IMG/VR virus record: IMGVR_UViG_3300046779_001412
Span: 32,001-96,000 of that record
Direction: 5' to 3' (one strand)
DNA: 64,000 nucleotides
DNA from: a virus
Shown: piece by piece, positions 21,419-31,570 of the stretch
Position numbering within the stretch: position 1 is the first letter of the stretch
Layout of the letters: each line of letters begins with the position of its first letter
Program-made: the position numbers and the translations under genes
Notes under the pieces: generated by a model
The model's input: the letters and a program-made list of their open reading frames with translations, nothing else
Told to the model about the DNA's origin: nothing
Databases searched by the model: none

Positions 21419-22653
21419 CTATACCACACGATAAGTTTTGCATACTGCCTTGGGTAAGTTTAGAAACCAGTCCAATTGGCACTGTGCGCCCTTGTTGTTT
21501 AGCCAAGGATGAAATTGAAGATGAACACGGCACAAAATTCCAACTTAAAACCTCGAGCTTTGATCAAATACGCAATAGCAGTCACATGCGACAACTCCGC
21601 AATGAATTCATTGAAGGTAAACTTCCAGCCACATGTGAGCGTTGTTGGTCTGTTGAAGCCTCAGGAGGAACCTCCAAGCGACAGCACACACTCAAACGAC
21701 TAGAACATATTGTTACTGATACCACCTGGTCAGATGATGCTAAAGACCTTGTATTTCTTGATCTAAAATTAGGTAATATCTGCAATCTTAAATGTCGCAT
21801 CTGTGGGCCTTGGAGTTCAAGTACGTTTGCCTCCGAAGAAGTAGGTAAAATGATGACTTTAGATCGCAAACAAACCTATGCTTATCAAATGCTACGCGAA
21901 GGACGATGGCCTAGGGAAAGCACAGTATTTTGGCAAGAACTTGATGCCATTGCTGATCAAATTCGTTACCTTGAGTTCACTGGTGGCGAGCCTTTTATGA
22001 TACAAGAACATTTTGATTTCTTGCAGCGACTCGTTGATCGCGGACTTGCACACAATATTGAAATACACTACAACACCAATGGAACACACTATCCAGACCA
22101 AGGCGTTAAACTTTGGCCAAACTTTAAGTTAGTTGAAATTGCATTTAGTATTGATGACCTTGGGGCTAGATTTGAATACCAACGCACGGGTGCACGTTGG
22201 CATGAAGTTGTGGAAAATTTAAACCGTTTTAAACAATTACGCAGTGACAGCAACAACATTCAATTGCAATTGTGTTGCACAATAAGCATCTGGAACGTGG
22301 TTTATTTTAACTACATAGCCGAATGGGCTAAATCGTTTTCATGGGATTTTGTTTACTGGAACTATCTGCATGACTCGCCTGTGTGGTGTATTCAAAATGT
22401 TGTTGAGGTAGTCAAAGAGCGCATTATTACTCATTTGATTGCCCAAGACATCAAACATCCTTATGCACAAGATCGCAAACATATCATTGCGTTTATGCGT
22501 GCCAAGGAAGGTTGGATAGGCTGCGGCAATGGTGGCACACTGACTTATGAAATAAGTCGATTAGACAATACTCGTGGCCAAAATCTCAAGGATGTGGCAC
22601 CTGAACTAGCACAGATAATACACTATAATGGCCCAATTGCCGAGTATGAATAA
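21415..22653 (+). CDS. Radical SAM protein with N-terminal Twitch domain
   Basis: FCILPW...PCC...CERCW; CNLKCRIC; TGGEP. Confidence 0.9.
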   Translation: MTIPHDKFCILPWVSLETSPIGTVRPCCLAKDEIEDEHGTKFQLKTSSFDQIRNSSHMRQLRNEFIEGKLPATCERCWSVEASGGTSKRQHTLKRLEHIVTDTTWSDDAKDLVFLDLKLGNICNLKCRICGPWSSSTFASEEVGKMMTLDRKQTYAYQMLREGRWPRESTVFWQELDAIADQIRYLEFTGGEPFMIQEHFDFLQRLVDRGLAHNIEIHYNTNGTHYPDQGVKLWPNFKLVEIAFSIDDLGARFEYQRTGARWHEVVENLNRFKQLRSDSNNIQLQLCCTISIWNVVYFNYIAEWAKSFSWDFVYWNYLHDSPVWCIQNVVEVVKERIITHLIAQDIKHPYAQDRKHIIAFMRAKEGWIGCGNGGTLTYEISRLDNTRGQNLKDVAPELAQIIHYNGPIAEYE

Positions 22654-23941
22654 ACCTGATAACTTGTGCATGGCACCCTGGACACATACGTATCTGTCGC
22701 CACAAACCGAACGTAGAATGTGCTGTGCTAGTCGTGAACCTGCACAAAATTTTCAACAATATATTGATACATCAGCAGGCACCGGTCGTTACGTACCCAT
22801 AACACTTGAACAACACTGGAACGGAGATCACATGCGCAGCGTGCGTCGTCGCATGTTGGCAGGTGAAACACTACCTGAGTGTGAAGTATGTAACAACAAA
22901 TTGTTGAATACTGATGTTTATCGTGATTATTTTAATCACTTGTTTGCACACAAATGGACAGAAGTTCAACGTTCCACTAATGAATCAGGTGCCACTACCA
23001 TGCAGCCAGTGAGTTGGGACTATAGATTTACCAACCTATGCAATTTCAAATGTCGCATGTGCGGAGACATGCTGAGCAGTGCCTGGGAAAGTGAGCGTAG
23101 ACACCATGAGTTAATTGACTGGACAGACTCACGAAACAATTGGATGCGACCTGAAGTTAAACAACAGATTACAGCGTTCCAGGACAGTGTAATTGAACAA
23201 GAGTTCGCTGATGCAGTTGAAGAACACAGAGTTGAGGAAGTATACTGGGTTGGTGGTGAGCCTTTGATGTATGAACAGCATTGGCGTTATATGAAAAGAA
23301 TAGTAGAACTAGGTGACGGACCTAAGGTTTATGCTAGATATAATACCAATCTTTCTAGAATTGAATATCGTGGCGTAAATCTTTATCATGATATTCTGGC
23401 CCATGTAAGAGATTGGCAAATCTGTGCTAGTCTTGACGGAACTGGTGATATTGGAGAATACATTCGCAGCGGCCTTGACTATCAAGCCTGGCTTAATCAT
23501 TTTCGCCAAGGCCAGACTCATCAACAGCACTACAGACAAATGCGTATTGATTTTACTCTGACTCTACCCGGATTACTAGAAGTTCCACGCATTGAAAAAT
23601 TATCATATGACCTAGGCTGCGGATTGTTAGCCAAAACAGTGTTTGCTTTTACCCCAGACAATATTTGGAGTCCGCTGATACTGCCAAGATCAATTCTTGA
23701 AACCATAATACAAGAATTGTTACCACAATTGAGAACCACAGTAATGCGTGACCTTCTAAATCAATTGCTAACTCGTGAAACTTTTAAAGAAACATGGCCT
23801 GAGCTTTATCCAGATGCTGTAGCTAAAGGTAAACAAACTGTGTTACAATTAGAAAAAATTCGTAATCAACCTATTACAATGACAGAGATTATGAATCAAC
23901 ACAAACTTTTAGGATCTTGGTGGAATGACATCCCAGGTTAA
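22628..23941 (+). CDS. Radical SAM protein with N-terminal Twitch domain
   Basis: CMAPW...MCC...CEVC; CNFKCRMC; VGGEP. Confidence 0.9.
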   Translation: MAQLPSMNKPDNLCMAPWTHTYLSPQTERRMCCASREPAQNFQQYIDTSAGTGRYVPITLEQHWNGDHMRSVRRRMLAGETLPECEVCNNKLLNTDVYRDYFNHLFAHKWTEVQRSTNESGATTMQPVSWDYRFTNLCNFKCRMCGDMLSSAWESERRHHELIDWTDSRNNWMRPEVKQQITAFQDSVIEQEFADAVEEHRVEEVYWVGGEPLMYEQHWRYMKRIVELGDGPKVYARYNTNLSRIEYRGVNLYHDILAHVRDWQICASLDGTGDIGEYIRSGLDYQAWLNHFRQGQTHQQHYRQMRIDFTLTLPGLLEVPRIEKLSYDLGCGLLAKTVFAFTPDNIWSPLILPRSILETIIQELLPQLRTTVMRDLLNQLLTRETFKETWPELYPDAVAKGKQTVLQLEKIRNQPITMTEIMNQHKLLGSWWNDIPG

Positions 23942-24983
23942 AATGATCTTGAGAAACCCAGTGCAAAAGAGCAGCACTGTGGAGGTAATTATCAATGCCT
24001 ATGACACTGTGTTGACACAAGATTGGTTAACTGCACTCCAGACTCTACTGCGTCAGCACAAGATTGAAAAAAACTTTTGCTTCATGGGCTTTCCCAACGG
24101 AGCACGTAGTCTTGAATACCTATGCAATGAACTAAACCATGCCGTAGACACTATCAACCGCAGCAATTTACAATATCAAATCAGTGATCGTGTGAGTGCT
24201 CGTGAACTCATGACAGACAAAACCATATTGAATCATGTTCATAATCACTTTGAAGTTCTGCAAGGAACTGTTAATCATTTAAGCGACTACTACAGGCGTG
24301 CTGACTATGAAACCAAATATGCCATACGTCAGTTGAACACAGTGTGTCACGAACTAGAAAGCCTGGTACTCAGCAAGTTAAGAGAGCAAACAGCGCCTGA
24401 ATGGGTGCGTTTAAGTCAAATCAATACCTGGCTCAACGCACCTCGATATCAACTGCAAGATCATCATCGTAGGCCCTGGAGTATAGATTGTTATGATCGA
24501 CATCTAGGCGAGGTATATATGCATTGGGCACAGATTGGAAAAACACTGTTTGAAGTTTATAGGGATGAAGGTGCACCTGAATTGACAGACACTGTGTGCG
24601 AAGCCATAACTCATTTAGAATACTACAGCGGCGAGTTTGACATAGAATGGGGCAACGACATACGATACAACTCACATGATTGGTGGCAGTTTGAAGTGGA
24701 TGGTTTTTATGATTGGCTACAATCAAATGGATTTGATTACCGTGATCCCAAACTCAGTCTTGGACACCTGCCTATAGCCTGTGTTGATCTACAGGCCTCG
24801 TTTGGCAGCACTGATTATCGTAAGATATGGCCAATATTAAATGATCATCTTGATGTGTTTAAAGTAGAAGTCAATGGTGTTGTTAGTGAGTATGATTATT
24901 GTTGGACTGACAGTGACTACAAGCAGCAACAAATTGAACAACTTCGTCCTGGATATGATCATTCTTCAAAGGAACTAACATGA
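23925..24983 (+). CDS. Hypothetical protein (possible distant paralog of 58958..59935)
   Basis: 352 aa, coupled to its neighbours; His-containing helices LNHVHNHFE and LNTVCHELE. Confidence 0.7.
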   Translation: MTSQVKMILRNPVQKSSTVEVIINAYDTVLTQDWLTALQTLLRQHKIEKNFCFMGFPNGARSLEYLCNELNHAVDTINRSNLQYQISDRVSARELMTDKTILNHVHNHFEVLQGTVNHLSDYYRRADYETKYAIRQLNTVCHELESLVLSKLREQTAPEWVRLSQINTWLNAPRYQLQDHHRRPWSIDCYDRHLGEVYMHWAQIGKTLFEVYRDEGAPELTDTVCEAITHLEYYSGEFDIEWGNDIRYNSHDWWQFEVDGFYDWLQSNGFDYRDPKLSLGHLPIACVDLQASFGSTDYRKIWPILNDHLDVFKVEVNGVVSEYDYCWTDSDYKQQQIEQLRPGYDHSSKELT

Positions 24984-25081
24984 AGTGGATAATAACTGCG
25001 TGGAAAAGATTACTGTTAGAAATTAGGTATCGCAAAAAGTTACGTGAACTTAGAAAACGTGATCCATTTATATACAAATGA
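24980..25081 (+). CDS. 33-aa basic peptide (not in ORF track)
   Basis: MKWIITAWKRLLLEIRYRKKLRELRKRDPFIYK*. SD AAGGA; ATGA overlaps on both sides. Confidence 0.75.
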   Translation: MKWIITAWKRLLLEIRYRKKLRELRKRDPFIYK

Positions 25082-25209
25082 ACTTTTTCTTCTTTAATCT
25101 TTATTTTTATTTTGCTATCCTGGCTTCAATACGCATGGGCGATTGGGCAGGATTTTTAATGGTGGTAGTGGCATATTGGGGCATGTTAGGTTGGTTGAAA
25201 AGAGAATGA
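25078..25209 (+). CDS. 43-aa hydrophobic/membrane peptide (not in ORF track)
   Basis: MNFFFFNLYFYFAILASIRMGDWAGFLMVVVAYWGMLGWLKRE*. ATGA overlaps at both ends. Confidence 0.6.
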   Translation: MNFFFFNLYFYFAILASIRMGDWAGFLMVVVAYWGMLGWLKRE

Positions 25210-26699
25210 AACATATACTAGGAGTCAGTGCAGGTTTTCATGACGGCGCACTTGCTGTAGTTGACCAACAGGGAGACATAGCATTTGCAGCTCACAGCGA
25301 ACGTTACAGCAAGTTCAAGAACGATGCTGGTATCAGTCCTGACATGATGTATGACATTAAAGATTATGATATTGACACATTGGCGTTTTACGAACGCCCT
25401 TGGTTACACAATGTACAGCAGTTCATAAGTGGTCAACGAGAATACACAGCCTGGACTCTAGCAGGGCGTGTTCAAGAACTAATGCCACGGTCATGGCTAA
25501 AAAAACAAAATCCTCAGATAGTTAATTACCCACATCATTTGAGTCATGCTGCTGCTGCATTTCAGACATCTAGTTTTAACAGTGCCGCAGTTGTGGTTAT
25601 TGATGCTATTGGTGAACTGGATACTATTTCAATCTATCGTGCAAGTTACGATACACAGGGTCGCGCACAATATCGTCGGGTATGGCGACATCTTTATCCG
25701 CACTCGGTGGGCTTGTTTTATTCAGCAGTAACCAAACACATTGGGCTCAAACCCATGGAGGACGAATACGTTACCATGGGCATGAGTGCATACGCCAGTG
25801 ATAAAAAATATGTTGTAGCGCAACAGATGCATCAACAAATCATCGATGATATACATACAGCTACTTTTTTGCGAAACCTACACATAGGTCTTGATCCTAA
25901 CGAGTATCCCTACGAACCAGAAGACATGGCAGGTGCTGTACAAAGACTTACTGAACAAATGGTACATTATATAGTACAATTGGCTCGCAAGCTCACAGGC
26001 GAACGTAATCTTTGTTATGGCGGAGGTGTTGCCTTGAACTGTGTGGCTAACCATCAGTTAGGTTATCTTTTTGACAATGTCTGGATTATGCCTAATCCTG
26101 GAGATGCCGGCGCCAGTCTTGGTGCTGCTGCACTGTGCCACGGCGGCCGACTAAACTGGAACAATGCATTTCTTGGACATTTTATCAACGGCGATTACCC
26201 TGTCAAGGCGTTGCTTGATGAACTAATCAAGAATCAGATAGTGGGTGTAGCATCAGGCCGCGCAGAATTTGGTCCACGTGCGCTGGGCAATCGTAGTCTG
26301 TTGGCAGATCCACGCGGTAAAGATATCAAGGATAGAGTTAATGCAATCAAGCAAAGACAAAAATTTAGACCTTTCGCTCCTGTTATATTGGAAGAAGTGG
26401 CTAATGAGTACTTTGATTTTGGCCCTGGGTGGAGTACTAGTCGTTATATGCAGTCAATTGCTGTTTGCAAGCATCCTGATCGTTTTCCTGCTATATGCCA
26501 TGTTGATGGCACCAGTAGAGTACAAACTGTACCGCAAGATGATTCGGGTATAAGAAAGTTACTGGAACAATGGTATTTGCTCACTGGATGTCCTATGTTA
26601 TTGAATACCAGCTTAAACATCAGAGGACAGCCCATGGTCAATGATCGCTATGATGCCTATGAGTTCAGCAAGCAGTATGGCATCAAAGTTTGTACCTAG
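25206..26699 (+). CDS. Carbamoyltransferase (NodU/CmcH/TobZ family)
   Basis: ILGVSAGFHDGA, HHLSHAA, GGGVALNCVAN, EFGPRALGNRS, RPFAP, HVDGTSRVQTV, LLNTSLN. Start reassigned to ATG 25206. Confidence 0.95.
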   Translation: MKHILGVSAGFHDGALAVVDQQGDIAFAAHSERYSKFKNDAGISPDMMYDIKDYDIDTLAFYERPWLHNVQQFISGQREYTAWTLAGRVQELMPRSWLKKQNPQIVNYPHHLSHAAAAFQTSSFNSAAVVVIDAIGELDTISIYRASYDTQGRAQYRRVWRHLYPHSVGLFYSAVTKHIGLKPMEDEYVTMGMSAYASDKKYVVAQQMHQQIIDDIHTATFLRNLHIGLDPNEYPYEPEDMAGAVQRLTEQMVHYIVQLARKLTGERNLCYGGGVALNCVANHQLGYLFDNVWIMPNPGDAGASLGAAALCHGGRLNWNNAFLGHFINGDYPVKALLDELIKNQIVGVASGRAEFGPRALGNRSLLADPRGKDIKDRVNAIKQRQKFRPFAPVILEEVANEYFDFGPGWSTSRYMQSIAVCKHPDRFPAICHVDGTSRVQTVPQDDSGIRKLLEQWYLLTGCPMLLNTSLNIRGQPMVNDRYDAYEFSKQYGIKVCT

Positions 26700-27739
26700 A
26701 GATACGTTTCAAGACCGCCGCTGCGACGAATGTCCTGTGTACAGCAGCTAATGCCACCATCCCAGAAGTAACTGTGCCTAAGTTCACAAATAATTGGTTC
26801 AATGTGATGTTTGTTACAAAAGTCAAAGACTGGTTGGTTGTATGCACTAAAAATTACATGCGACTCATCTAGCACTAGACAGTTTACGTCAAACACAGTT
26901 TCGCTCACAAATCCAGTCCATTCACTAAGATATGTATCCACAAACCTACAAAACTCTTCAGTAGGAGTCTGTCCTGTTACATACCAACGGCCATTGAAGT
27001 TTTCCTGTTTAAATTTGCCAACCTCCATGGCTGCCCAAATACTACTGTCCCATACCTTACAGACTTCCCAACCAGGAAAGTCTGCCGCAAGATCTAGTTT
27101 GTCATCGTGCTTGCTGCTGAGTATCACGCCAGGTTTCAGTATGGCAAACACAGCATCGCCATGTCCGTCGGTTACTGCTTCGTGTATTCGGTAATCAGGC
27201 CCTAGTATGTTATCCACTATCCAACGAGTCTGCTCTGGTTTCAACCATTCACTGTTGTCAAAGAATACATCACGGCCTACACGTACAATACACGAAGCAC
27301 TTGCACCATTGAGTACGCAATCACTACGCCAGGATCCACCATGTGGATTAATCACTGATCCTGGCTCATGTGTTTCATATTCATTACAAAGATTGTCAAG
27401 TTCTTGTACAGGCAAAACTCTCAACAATTTGTTGCCCAGAGTAATTTGCCAGTCTCTTGGTGTTAATGGCGGCAAAGCTATGTTTCCAGGCTGACGTGTT
27501 TGTTGCCAATAAAAGAATCCACGATCCGGTAGTGCTGGACGACGTACCACAGCTCCATATTTCTCAATGGTGTTAGCAAGGTTGTCAAGATCTTCGGCAG
27601 TTTCGGCTAGGATCTGTTGTAGTTGATGCCTGACCTGAGCATTATCAACAAAGTCAAAGTAGTCAGCATCATATGCTCGGCCAACAATTACTTCCTGTAA
27701 AGGTTGCCAACTGGTGTGTGAATTAATCAAGTGATTCAT
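26696..27739 (-). CDS. Amidinotransferase (GATM/StrB1-like, pentein fold)
   Basis: NSHTSWQPLQEVIVGR, PRD, GHGDA, FDVNCLV, WDGGISCCTQDIRR. Confidence 0.85.
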   Translation of the reverse strand: MNHLINSHTSWQPLQEVIVGRAYDADYFDFVDNAQVRHQLQQILAETAEDLDNLANTIEKYGAVVRRPALPDRGFFYWQQTRQPGNIALPPLTPRDWQITLGNKLLRVLPVQELDNLCNEYETHEPGSVINPHGGSWRSDCVLNGASASCIVRVGRDVFFDNSEWLKPEQTRWIVDNILGPDYRIHEAVTDGHGDAVFAILKPGVILSSKHDDKLDLAADFPGWEVCKVWDSSIWAAMEVGKFKQENFNGRWYVTGQTPTEEFCRFVDTYLSEWTGFVSETVFDVNCLVLDESHVIFSAYNQPVFDFCNKHHIEPIICELRHSYFWDGGISCCTQDIRRSGGLETYL

Positions 27740-28892
27740 ATAGTTTGTTTTTCAGTGTATTTAATTGTTGAATTTTAATATCTAAAAACAAACGCTGATT
27801 ATGTTCAGCGTCTTGTTGACATTGGCTGTGCCATGTTTTTAGATTGTTTAACAATATTTGATCTAATGTGTGTTTTACAGCCGTCCATCTACGATCGTTG
27901 TCTAACTCAAGATCATAGCTGTTATCAATTATGTTGTCAAACACTTTATATCCGCTATCACGTAGAATCTGCAGACTGCCAGGAGCACCAACTATTACAA
28001 AAGGCACAGCATGTTTGATGCACTTGTAGGTTTTTTCAGTTATAAATGCACCGTTGCTACCACCTAGATCAAACATGGTTTCTAACACTAGATGAAAGTA
28101 AGAACTAACATATAGTGATGGATCAAGTAGATCGTGCTGATTGTGCTGATCACTAGTTAGTGAATCACAGTAATAAGGCACTTCTTTCATGAATGCTTCT
28201 AGTTCAGGACGTATGCCCGGAATAGCTGCCAAACGCAAAGGATTATCACACGGTTGATCACCTATGTCTTGATCGCCATAACTCCATTGGCATTTTTGCA
28301 ATCTACCACTGCGTTTTAAGTCAGCCATAACCGTTGCTCTCCACCACTTGTGGGTGCGATTAAGTGCAGTGTACCTAAACCTACGTGTGCGATTGTGCCA
28401 GGGCAGAGCCGCATGATGCCTATTTTGTCGCCAATATAGTAGTTCATGATCTGAAAAATACACGAAATTTTTAATTAGAGCGGCACTGCTGTTGGCACTT
28501 ATAAAACGATAGCACGTTAGTGGCATTTGATATTGTTTACACAACTGGTCTAACCTAGATTTGATAGTATAAGGATTGTCACCTTCATGATAGTAAAACA
28601 ACAATGTTAGTTTGCGATCTCGTAAACGCTGTATCACTGGTTCTGACAATAAGGCGAACCAATCAACTTTAAAATCAAACCAGGCCAAGCTTATCAAATA
28701 AAATGTGTCTTGGTCAGTGTGATTATCTAGTGTTGTTACCTTGATAGGCCATTGATGATCCTGTGCATAGTATGCTAGTCTTGGATAACTGGTATATGGC
28801 CATTCTTGCTCATGGCTTAAACTTTGAAAGTTTGCCACTAGATTTGGCACAATCATGTTGCCATTAATTTGGTCAAAAACTAAACGTAACAC
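27723..28892 (-). CDS. LVTET..TEK family glycosyltransferase-like protein
   Basis: YFHLVLET...FITEKTYKCIKHAVPF. GTG start at 28892 preceded by GGAGG. Confidence 0.6.
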   Translation of the reverse strand: MLRLVFDQINGNMIVPNLVANFQSLSHEQEWPYTSYPRLAYYAQDHQWPIKVTTLDNHTDQDTFYLISLAWFDFKVDWFALLSEPVIQRLRDRKLTLLFYYHEGDNPYTIKSRLDQLCKQYQMPLTCYRFISANSSAALIKNFVYFSDHELLYWRQNRHHAALPWHNRTRRFRYTALNRTHKWWRATVMADLKRSGRLQKCQWSYGDQDIGDQPCDNPLRLAAIPGIRPELEAFMKEVPYYCDSLTSDQHNQHDLLDPSLYVSSYFHLVLETMFDLGGSNGAFITEKTYKCIKHAVPFVIVGAPGSLQILRDSGYKVFDNIIDNSYDLELDNDRRWTAVKHTLDQILLNNLKTWHSQCQQDAEHNQRLFLDIKIQQLNTLKNKLYESLD

Positions 28893-29967
28893 GAATATCC
28901 TCCAACATGTTGGTAAGTTCTTGCCATAGAATATGTTCAAAGGCTCCACTGTAAAAGTGTTGATAATTATGTTCCAACACAGGCCGTGTGGCATCAAACA
29001 ACTTTTGTTTCTGATCTATACTCATAATATCTAGTGTGGCCACTAGGTCCGCAATCGCAGATAACCTTGTGTTATCATCCGAAATGTCATCATAGCTTTC
29101 GTCCCAAAACGCATTAAAGGTTTGAAAACCATATGATCTTAGAAACGCAAGACTACCTTGAGTGCTGGCTAGTACAAAAGGCATGCGTAGGCATATAGGT
29201 TTGAATACTTTTTCAGTTAAATGATGACGTTTTCCAGTTGCTACAGTTTCAGTAACAAGGTATAAAAGGCTTTGTTCTGCAAATGTTACCAGGTCAAGAT
29301 TGGCACTGGCCCAGCTTGGCACCTGACCAGAGTGGTCTAGTACCAATGGCAAACGTTCCACAGGGAATCTCTGCCAATTGCAATCAAGATCAGTTAAGGC
29401 AGATTGAATTGTGATATTTGTTCCAGGGCATATATCAGGGCAACTAATATGATTGCTACCTATATTACGATCAAACAGATAGTTCAATAATTTAAGACGC
29501 CATATTCTTTCGCCGGTTACTATGCGATTAGGCATTAGAAATGTGGTGGTTATCTTTCTACTACTAGGCGCACTTAACAACCAAGATCTGTTGTATCCAC
29601 GAAACCAATCCAGTGCTGCCCAACCGTTAAAAAAGTACTGTGCTGAATGCCAATTATAAAATTGACAACATCTTTGTACTGTGTTACTATTAAACTCGCT
29701 GGTGACCAAGGCAGCATGACTGACACCAGGCAAAAAATTGTGCACAGATGAAACTGCCTGTGCAAACAACTCTTTGTTCCTTTGTAAATCCAAGGGCTCT
29801 TGATCAAAGAACAATATATAGTTGTGATCTCTAGGATTGTGAATGAATGAACAAAGATTTTCTACATCAATGTGGCCAGGCGGGTCAAGATACAGTAACC
29901 GTGTATTAGGTATCTGGGCATGAACATAAGGCCATATGTGTTTGTAAATTTCGTCAACTCTAATCAT
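28873..29967 (-). CDS. LVTET..TEK family glycosyltransferase-like protein
   Basis: LYLVTET...LTEKVFKPICLRMPF...LRSYGFQTF. Confidence 0.6.
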   Translation of the reverse strand: MIRVDEIYKHIWPYVHAQIPNTRLLYLDPPGHIDVENLCSFIHNPRDHNYILFFDQEPLDLQRNKELFAQAVSSVHNFLPGVSHAALVTSEFNSNTVQRCCQFYNWHSAQYFFNGWAALDWFRGYNRSWLLSAPSSRKITTTFLMPNRIVTGERIWRLKLLNYLFDRNIGSNHISCPDICPGTNITIQSALTDLDCNWQRFPVERLPLVLDHSGQVPSWASANLDLVTFAEQSLLYLVTETVATGKRHHLTEKVFKPICLRMPFVLASTQGSLAFLRSYGFQTFNAFWDESYDDISDDNTRLSAIADLVATLDIMSIDQKQKLFDATRPVLEHNYQHFYSGAFEHILWQELTNMLEDIRVTFSF

Positions 29968-31570
29968 GTTTGATGTTTTTTATCTAGACCAACCAACTGG
30001 ATTGTTCGCTCACGAAAAACCTGCGCGGAGCATAGAGCATGCTCGGGATCAATCTCGTACAAGATATCTTTGGATTGTTGACTACTTATCTGACTATTCT
30101 AAGTTTGACTTTCTTTGGGAACCAGTGCCTTGGGAAGCTGCTCAATGTCATGCTTGGCCAAGTCAGTGGCAAGTTGAAGGTGGTACCTTCCTGGTTCCCA
30201 AGATAGGATTCACAGATGTAAATCGTGAGCATGATATAGTACCAAAACACACATCTGTTTTCAAGGTCTTGATAGATCATCTAGATAACTCAACCCTAAA
30301 ACTTGATGCAGTGCGTACAGTACGATTCTTTGAAAGTTACTTGGCCACATTAAGACGCATTGCTAATTCTGCACAAGAAGAATATCTATGGATATGCAGT
30401 AGTGTATGCGATTACTCTAACTTTGATTTTACCTGGCATCCTGATCCTTGGCAAACACAAATGTTGCATGTGTTTGCCAGCGAGGATCAAAAGTTTGGCG
30501 ATACTTTTTACATGCATGTGCCAAGTGCAAGGCAAAATTTAGCTAAGGTCAAGCTGCTTGATTGGTATGCTTTAAACTTTGTTAACGAGCAACCTGTCCC
30601 ACGCCGACACATGCCGGTGAATTGGCATCAAAAGGATAGTCATGTCAGCGCAGTGCTATCGCATACTTGGAGTGCACCCTTGGAAATTTTTACGTGTACC
30701 AATGTTGATCGTAAAATGCCTGTGGTAAGTTTATGGCAGGATAACGCTAGGACCATAGTGCCTCTTAGCGCAGGCGCCAGTGCGGTAATTGTGCCTAAGA
30801 TAGCAGCTTCTATGATTCGCTCACAACTGTACGACTATCCACACGTAGATAAAACACATGCAAATACATTTGAGGATCGTGAGCAAGACGTCGTGTTTAT
30901 TAGCAATGGTGAGCCCATGGCTGAGGACAATTGGCAAAAATTGCAATCAATATGTCCACGTGCTGTGCGTAGCGATGGCATAACTGGACGTGAAGCTGCG
31001 TACAAAGCAGCCGCACAACTTAGCACTACCCCTTGGTTCTTTGCAGTGTTTGCCAAGACCGAAGTGTTGCCAGAATTTAACTTTGATTTTCAACCAGATC
31101 GTATGCAGCAGCCCAAGCACTACATATTTCATAGTCGCAATCCTCTTAATGGTCTTGAATATGGTGCTATGAATATAAACTTGTATAATCGTCAGTTGGT
31201 ATTGGACACCGTGCCTGGACTTGACTTTACGTTGAGTGCTGCTCACACTGTGGTACCTATCTGTGCAAGTATATCACGTTTCAATACTGATCCATGGATC
31301 ACATGGCGTAGTGCTTTTAGAGAAACCATGAAGCTGCGAAGAGAAGTAGATCAAGGAGCAGATGTTGAAATCAGTCATAGGCTACATGTCTGGTGCACAC
31401 AAGCTCAAGGCGAGAATGCCCAACACTGTATACAAGGTGCGAATGATGGTGTTGAGTATTATGAAGCTGTGAACGGTGATTTAGAAATGCTTAAACTGAG
31501 TTTTGATTGGCAATGGTGTCAAGACTACTACTTTGACAAGTATGGTTGCCGTCCTTGGTTAAAACTTTGA
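29966..31570 (+). CDS. Multi-repeat GT2-like protein; C-terminal unit paralogous to 14362..15288
   Basis: DVVFISNGEPMA..RSDGITGREAAYKAAA and TWRSAFRETMKL; internal repeats of YLW...DYS.FDF.W.P. Confidence 0.65.
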   Translation: MFDVFYLDQPTGLFAHEKPARSIEHARDQSRTRYLWIVDYLSDYSKFDFLWEPVPWEAAQCHAWPSQWQVEGGTFLVPKIGFTDVNREHDIVPKHTSVFKVLIDHLDNSTLKLDAVRTVRFFESYLATLRRIANSAQEEYLWICSSVCDYSNFDFTWHPDPWQTQMLHVFASEDQKFGDTFYMHVPSARQNLAKVKLLDWYALNFVNEQPVPRRHMPVNWHQKDSHVSAVLSHTWSAPLEIFTCTNVDRKMPVVSLWQDNARTIVPLSAGASAVIVPKIAASMIRSQLYDYPHVDKTHANTFEDREQDVVFISNGEPMAEDNWQKLQSICPRAVRSDGITGREAAYKAAAQLSTTPWFFAVFAKTEVLPEFNFDFQPDRMQQPKHYIFHSRNPLNGLEYGAMNINLYNRQLVLDTVPGLDFTLSAAHTVVPICASISRFNTDPWITWRSAFRETMKLRREVDQGADVEISHRLHVWCTQAQGENAQHCIQGANDGVEYYEAVNGDLEMLKLSFDWQWCQDYYFDKYGCRPWLKL

